A stretch of 64,000 nt of DNA from Amphiscolops sp. MND2022 (Eukaryota): assembly GCA_964187785.1 (NCBI GenBank), contig OZ076409.1:91452001-91516000 (forward strand). Reading direction: 5' to 3'. A program made the translations under genes and the position numbers. Positions 59,935-64,000 of the stretch are shown one piece after another. The notes under the pieces were generated by a model. It was given only the letters and a program-made list of their open reading frames with translations, made no database searches and had not been told where the DNA came from. Position 1 is the first letter of the stretch. Every line of letters begins with the position of its first letter.

Positions 59935-60305
59935 ATTTTACCACGTGTCTTTTTTTTGCAAAAAATTTTACAACGTGTCGTATTTTTTGGGAAAATTTTA
60001 CAACGTGTCTCATTTTACACGAGATGAAAAAATTAAAAAGACAGATTTAGAAGGCGTTTTTATTTTTGAAAAGACAAGTTTTTACCCATTTTACTCCGTA
60101 AAAACGACAAACTTTGCACTTGCGATACAGTTTTAAAAAGACTGATTTTGAAGCAAAAATTTTTACTTCTTGTCTGATTTCAAAGTAGAATTTTTACAAC
60201 GTGTCGTATTTTTTTGGGAAAATTTTACAACGTGTCGTATTTTTTTGGGAAAATTTTACAACGCGTCTGATTTTAACTTGAAATTTTTGCAACGTGTCAG
60301 ATTTT
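59935..60305. repeat. AAAATTTTACAACGTGTC repeat cluster
   Basis: About 7 imperfect copies in two blocks. Confidence 0.8.
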
Positions 60306-60338
60306 AATTGAGAAATGTTTTGCACAAGACTAACATTC

Positions 60339-60586
60339 CTAATACCACCACAAGAACTTATGACAGCGTTTCCCCCGTAAAGTGGTGGACAAAGGCAACC
60401 TGTAATGTTTTCTTCCACATGACTAAAACATTCTCCTTCGTTCATACAATAGTCTTTGTACTCTTCAATGCAGGGGTCGGGATTTCGTCCCACTTTTTCT
60501 GTAGTCCTTACTTGATATATAAACAAGCCAAGAGTTATGACAATAAAAAACGCTCCTACTAATACTTTTGCTAGAGTCTCACTCAT
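60339..60586 (-). pseudogene. EGF-like growth-factor gene with a 1-nt frameshift
   Basis: N-terminal hydrophobic anchor; CIEEYKDYCMNEGECFSHVEENITGCLCPPLYGG. Adding one base at ~60369-60371 gives xRCHKFLWWY*, completing Cx7Cx5Cx10CxCx8C with GxRC. Confidence 0.8.
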
Positions 60587-60652
60587 AACGACTGATTTGA
60601 AAAAGAAATTGTGAATAATAAAAATTCTATTTACTACACACAATAAATACAA

Positions 60653-61231
60653 TTATTCAAACAAACTACGATACACAGAGTTTGGTATATTTTCCAGTCG
60701 TGTCCCAAATGGACGGCTCAGGGATCTATGCAGCGGTGGTGGTTGCAGGGGTCTCTGCGACTCGGGTGTTGTGGGGTACTCGTTCTCTTTATCTTGTTCA
60801 TCGTCAATCTCTATGGGGTAGTCTGCGCTTCCAGCAACAGGAATGTTTTCAAACAGTGACGGAGAGAAGGGAGTATCAATGCCTGGTCGATACACAGCAT
60901 CCATGTCTATGTTCGGATTCTCCCAATGGAACTGAATATCATCCAAGTCACTGGGAACGAAATCGCTGCTTACATCGTAGTCACCAACGCTGGCCCGGAC
61001 CTCGTCTTGCATCTCCCACGTGCCTTGCTGATTGGGAGTTAAGGGGACGCGAGCTAAATGGTTGTCCAGAAACTGTTGTCTTTGATTTATCAAAGAGTTG
61101 AAGGCTGCGATTGGAAGTTCCAAGGAGGAAATTGTCAAGTCTTGGACCATATCTCTCACTATGATTGTGACAGAGTCCGGTGAAAAGTCCAGAGTCCACT
61201 GGGTTCCGTTGTTGGAGACTGAGAAGAACAT
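60653..61231 (-). CDS. Acidic/Pro-rich hypothetical protein
   Basis: Open 192-aa ORF collinear with its neighbours. Confidence 0.55.
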   Translation of the reverse strand: MFFSVSNNGTQWTLDFSPDSVTIIVRDMVQDLTISSLELPIAAFNSLINQRQQFLDNHLARVPLTPNQQGTWEMQDEVRASVGDYDVSSDFVPSDLDDIQFHWENPNIDMDAVYRPGIDTPFSPSLFENIPVAGSADYPIEIDDEQDKENEYPTTPESQRPLQPPPLHRSLSRPFGTRLENIPNSVYRSLFE

Positions 61232-61358
61232 TGTTGTTGTTGTTGTTGTAGAGCGTCTTGATTGTAGTTAAGTTTGAAATGAAATGAATTCTAGTTGCTT
61301 GAAAAATGACTTTGTAAGGATATTGAACAGCCAATAGGAACTTGACACGTCCATTTCC

Positions 61359-61724
61359 CTACATGGACTTGATCTTTTTTGCTGGTGTTTCTTCTGTGCG
61401 TTGATTGGTTGGTTTTTTTCTAAAGAATTGTCGTAGGAATTCCATTCCTTTGTCGTTTTCGACTCGTTCTTTTTGTTCTCGCTCGTAATGCCTTGTCGTC
61501 TTGGCTCTGAATGAATGTATACCGGCATCTTTTAAGCTTGCCTGCTGCGTTTGATCCTTAAAAGGAATACCCTGCACAAGACAATCAGCGTCACACTTTG
61601 GACAACTGTAATGATAATGTTCTTCAGAATCCTCCTTGCAGTAATGTTCGAATATGCATTTTTGTAGCTCACATTCAGGGCAGTAAACGTCCCCGATTGT
61701 ATTTATAACTGCGTTGAGCTCCAT
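61359..61724 (-). CDS. Cys/His Zn-binding protein with basic C-terminus
   Basis: CPEC...C..H.C...CPKC; ends PAKKIKSM (NLS-like). Confidence 0.55.
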   Translation of the reverse strand: MELNAVINTIGDVYCPECELQKCIFEHYCKEDSEEHYHYSCPKCDADCLVQGIPFKDQTQQASLKDAGIHSFRAKTTRHYEREQKERVENDKGMEFLRQFFRKKPTNQRTEETPAKKIKSM

Positions 61725-62278
61725 TAGACGTCGTAGTTGCTTTCAATGATTCCGCTCTTGCTCGATATAAAGTAGCGGTCCTTATACAGTTCGTACAGTT
61801 CGTTGTGACTGAGGTTGACAATTTCTGTCAATACAAACTGATTTCCCCTATATAGAATTTTTTTCAATGAAAAACAACAATTTTTGTCTTTTTCAAAGCG
61901 GAAAGACAAACGCAAATGACGATCAGTATGCTCTTTTATATCTAGATAATAGTGTGAGAAGAGTTCGTCCTTCCACAGCGTAGAGCCAATCTCTTGTAAT
62001 GGTTTCGGTAGGGGATAAAGAGTTGCCTTTCGTGCGTGGTCGTACTGTTTTAAAAAGTGGCGCAGTCTGTTGAGGGTCGCAGCGAGCTCTTTCTTCGTGA
62101 TGGAAATTTCCTCGTCAAGGAAAAAGCGTTGTTGAGCTTTCAAGTCGCAAAATTTAAAGACTTTGATTGCAAATAAATTTTTATTGGACCCCTTGCTGAC
62201 TCGTACGAGACGATTTTCCGTCTTTATAACGTCCAATTTGTTGCGATAAAAGTACGAGTCAACGTCAGCTTCGTCCAA
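61724..62278 (-). CDS. Hypothetical protein, probable paralog of 58145-58816
   Basis: Two units (FAIKVFKF..ISITKKEL; FSLKKI..VNLSHNELYEL); start uncertain. Confidence 0.5.
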   Translation of the reverse strand: MDEADVDSYFYRNKLDVIKTENRLVRVSKGSNKNLFAIKVFKFCDLKAQQRFFLDEEISITKKELAATLNRLRHFLKQYDHARKATLYPLPKPLQEIGSTLWKDELFSHYYLDIKEHTDRHLRLSFRFEKDKNCCFSLKKILYRGNQFVLTEIVNLSHNELYELYKDRYFISSKSGIIESNYDV

Positions 62279-63046
62279 AGTTTGTTATGGAACGTCTTCG
62301 TAAATTGAATACAGCAAAGATAGAGATGGAAGTTGATGTTTAACAGACATGAACTGCTCTAAAAGAAAGTTTAAATTAAAATGAAGAATGAAATTTAGTG
62401 TAGTGGATAAAAGCAAGGCCTACGTCGCCGCAATATTATGACAATGCGATAAACAGCACGTGACTTTGCTTTTAACCACTACGCCAACAATGTTGTTTTA
62501 TTCCATTTATGGAAAGTAATTAAAGATGAAAGGGAAACCTAGCTGTCACCTACTCACGCTACTAATCTTTTATGGTTGGATAATTACTCCAATTGAGAGG
62601 TTTTCCCAGACGTATCGGCGTCTTTTTGAGGGAATTTGTTCCACTTGAGTGGTTTTCACAGACAACGTGGCGTCCCTTGAGGGAAACTTGTTACACTTGA
62701 GCAATTAACTTTCAGGGAGATTAAAAGTGATTGACAGGTACTTGAGAGGGAACGCTGAGGCTAATGCGTAATTACTTTTTCCTTTTATGGTAGGCTAACT
62801 ATTCCTTTTATGGTTCAATGACTCACGCCTTCCGTATATGGTTGACCAATTACATGAAGTCAATTTTAAGCCATTTTGATTTCATTTTTCATTTCACAAT
62901 TCTGCATCCTAGTTGTTTGCTGTCAGATTAAAACTTGTTACATTTTCTTGCAAATCTACTTGCTTGCTTTCAGATACTTACAATTTTTTCGTTACAATTC
63001 CATTTGCTTGCTTTCAGATAGAGACTTGTTACAATTCCTGCTCAAG

Positions 63047-63340
63047 ATGCCTGCCCTTGATCGAAATGCAAAGGTTGCCTGTCCCAATTGTGGTACCAAA
63101 GTTTCTAAGCAAAACCTGTCAGTACACAGAAAGAGTTGTTCCGTTGGGACATTATTTTGTTCTAAATGCCCCAATTTCTCAACCAAGTCCCAAAATGACT
63201 TGAATTATCACATTGCAAAGAAACATGGAGCCACCAAACCCGCAGTTGCTCACATTTGTATGATTTGCAAAGACAAATTTACCAGCTTTTATGCATTACG
63301 ACAACATAAAAGTCAAGTATTAAATTTTTTTTCAACTTAA
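63047..63340 (+). pseudogene. C2H2 Zn-finger ORF truncated by the right TIR, probably the N-terminus of the deleted pPolB
   Basis: CPNC..H..C, CSKC..H...H, CMIC..F..LRQH; the third finger is cut where the TIR begins at 63320. Confidence 0.6.
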
Positions 63341-63876
63341 ACATGATTTTTTTCCTCTACACAGTAGTCAAGTAATGAGCTAAACCTTTATGGCGGATAA
63401 ATTATTCCCGTGGCGGATTAAATATTCCGCAGGCGGATAAAATATTGCGCGGGCGGGTAAAATTATTCCCGCGGGCGGTCGTGGCCACCAAAAAATCAAT
63501 TTTTACCCAAAGTCTCACAGTGCCGAAAATGTCGCACAGTGCCGAAAAACCCTATTCCCTACCTTAAAACATTACCGAAGCTATTCCCTATCTTTATACA
63601 TTGAACACATCTTTATACATTGACAATCACTCGGCTCAATACCTTAATACATTGAGTCAAGTCGTCAGAATCGTGCAAAAGTACACGACTCGAGTCGTCA
63701 GCCAATCAGAATCGAGCACGACTGCACCCAATGGGTATACACCCACACTACACGAGTCGAGCCTATGCGAATCCAGGGGTTCAAGACCCTTCTCGTCTCT
63801 CGGCTCGCTATAGCCTATCTTAAAACATAGGGTCTTGAACCCCCCCCCCACCTGATCTGCTCACTCTCTTACTACT
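63320..63876 (-). repeat. Polinton-B right TIR
   Basis: Reverse complement of 50635-51188. Confidence 0.95.
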
Positions 63877-64000
63877 CACAACATGTACCATGACAAGAGA
63901 TCACAAACTTCATTATGTTGCAATCTCAACAAATGCTGAAGAACAGCAGAGCTTTTCACTAAGCTGATTGATCCTAACGGTGCTAATACACAATATCATC

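Larger units (their letters stand above)
50635..63876. mobile_element. Polinton/Maverick element B (13.2 kb), lacking pPolB
   Basis: AGTAGT...ACTACT ends; ~555-bp TIRs; 6-bp TSD CACAAC (50629-50634 / 63877-63882); protease, MCP, penton, integrase and ATPase genes. Confidence 0.96.

Overview
This is AT-rich eukaryotic (animal-like) DNA made mostly of mobile elements stacked inside host introns. The host genes are a minus-strand ankyrin-repeat gene (exons 48470-48674, 47870-48034, 538-722) and a nested plus-strand gene for a 72-aa membrane protein (exons 5179-5302, 47278-47372). Their overlapping ~47 kb and ~42 kb introns hold a decayed BEL/Pao LTR retrotransposon (5909-12662, TSD AAACG) and a decayed Polinton/Maverick, Polinton-A (13022-44571, TSD CACAGG). 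Polinton-A's DNA polymerase gene is split by a young 16.2-kb Ty3/Gypsy element (16238-32454, 2260-bp LTRs, TSD ATCAT). A second, different element, Polinton-B (50635-63876, TSD CACAAC), has intact capsid and protease ORFs but lacks its polymerase. Highlights: (1) ten of eleven Polinton-A genes start with TAAATG, the poxvirus late-promoter initiator, suggesting a virophage-like element transcribed by a cytoplasmic large DNA virus. (2) The Gypsy element carries an intact 6-exon, ~1070-aa antisense gene that may be transposase-derived, plus a second accessory ORF. (3) Polinton-B encodes an EGFR-ligand-type EGF protein. (4) The Polinton-A TIRs contain a candidate Pol III-type structured RNA. All calls were made by eye from motifs; no database searches were run.
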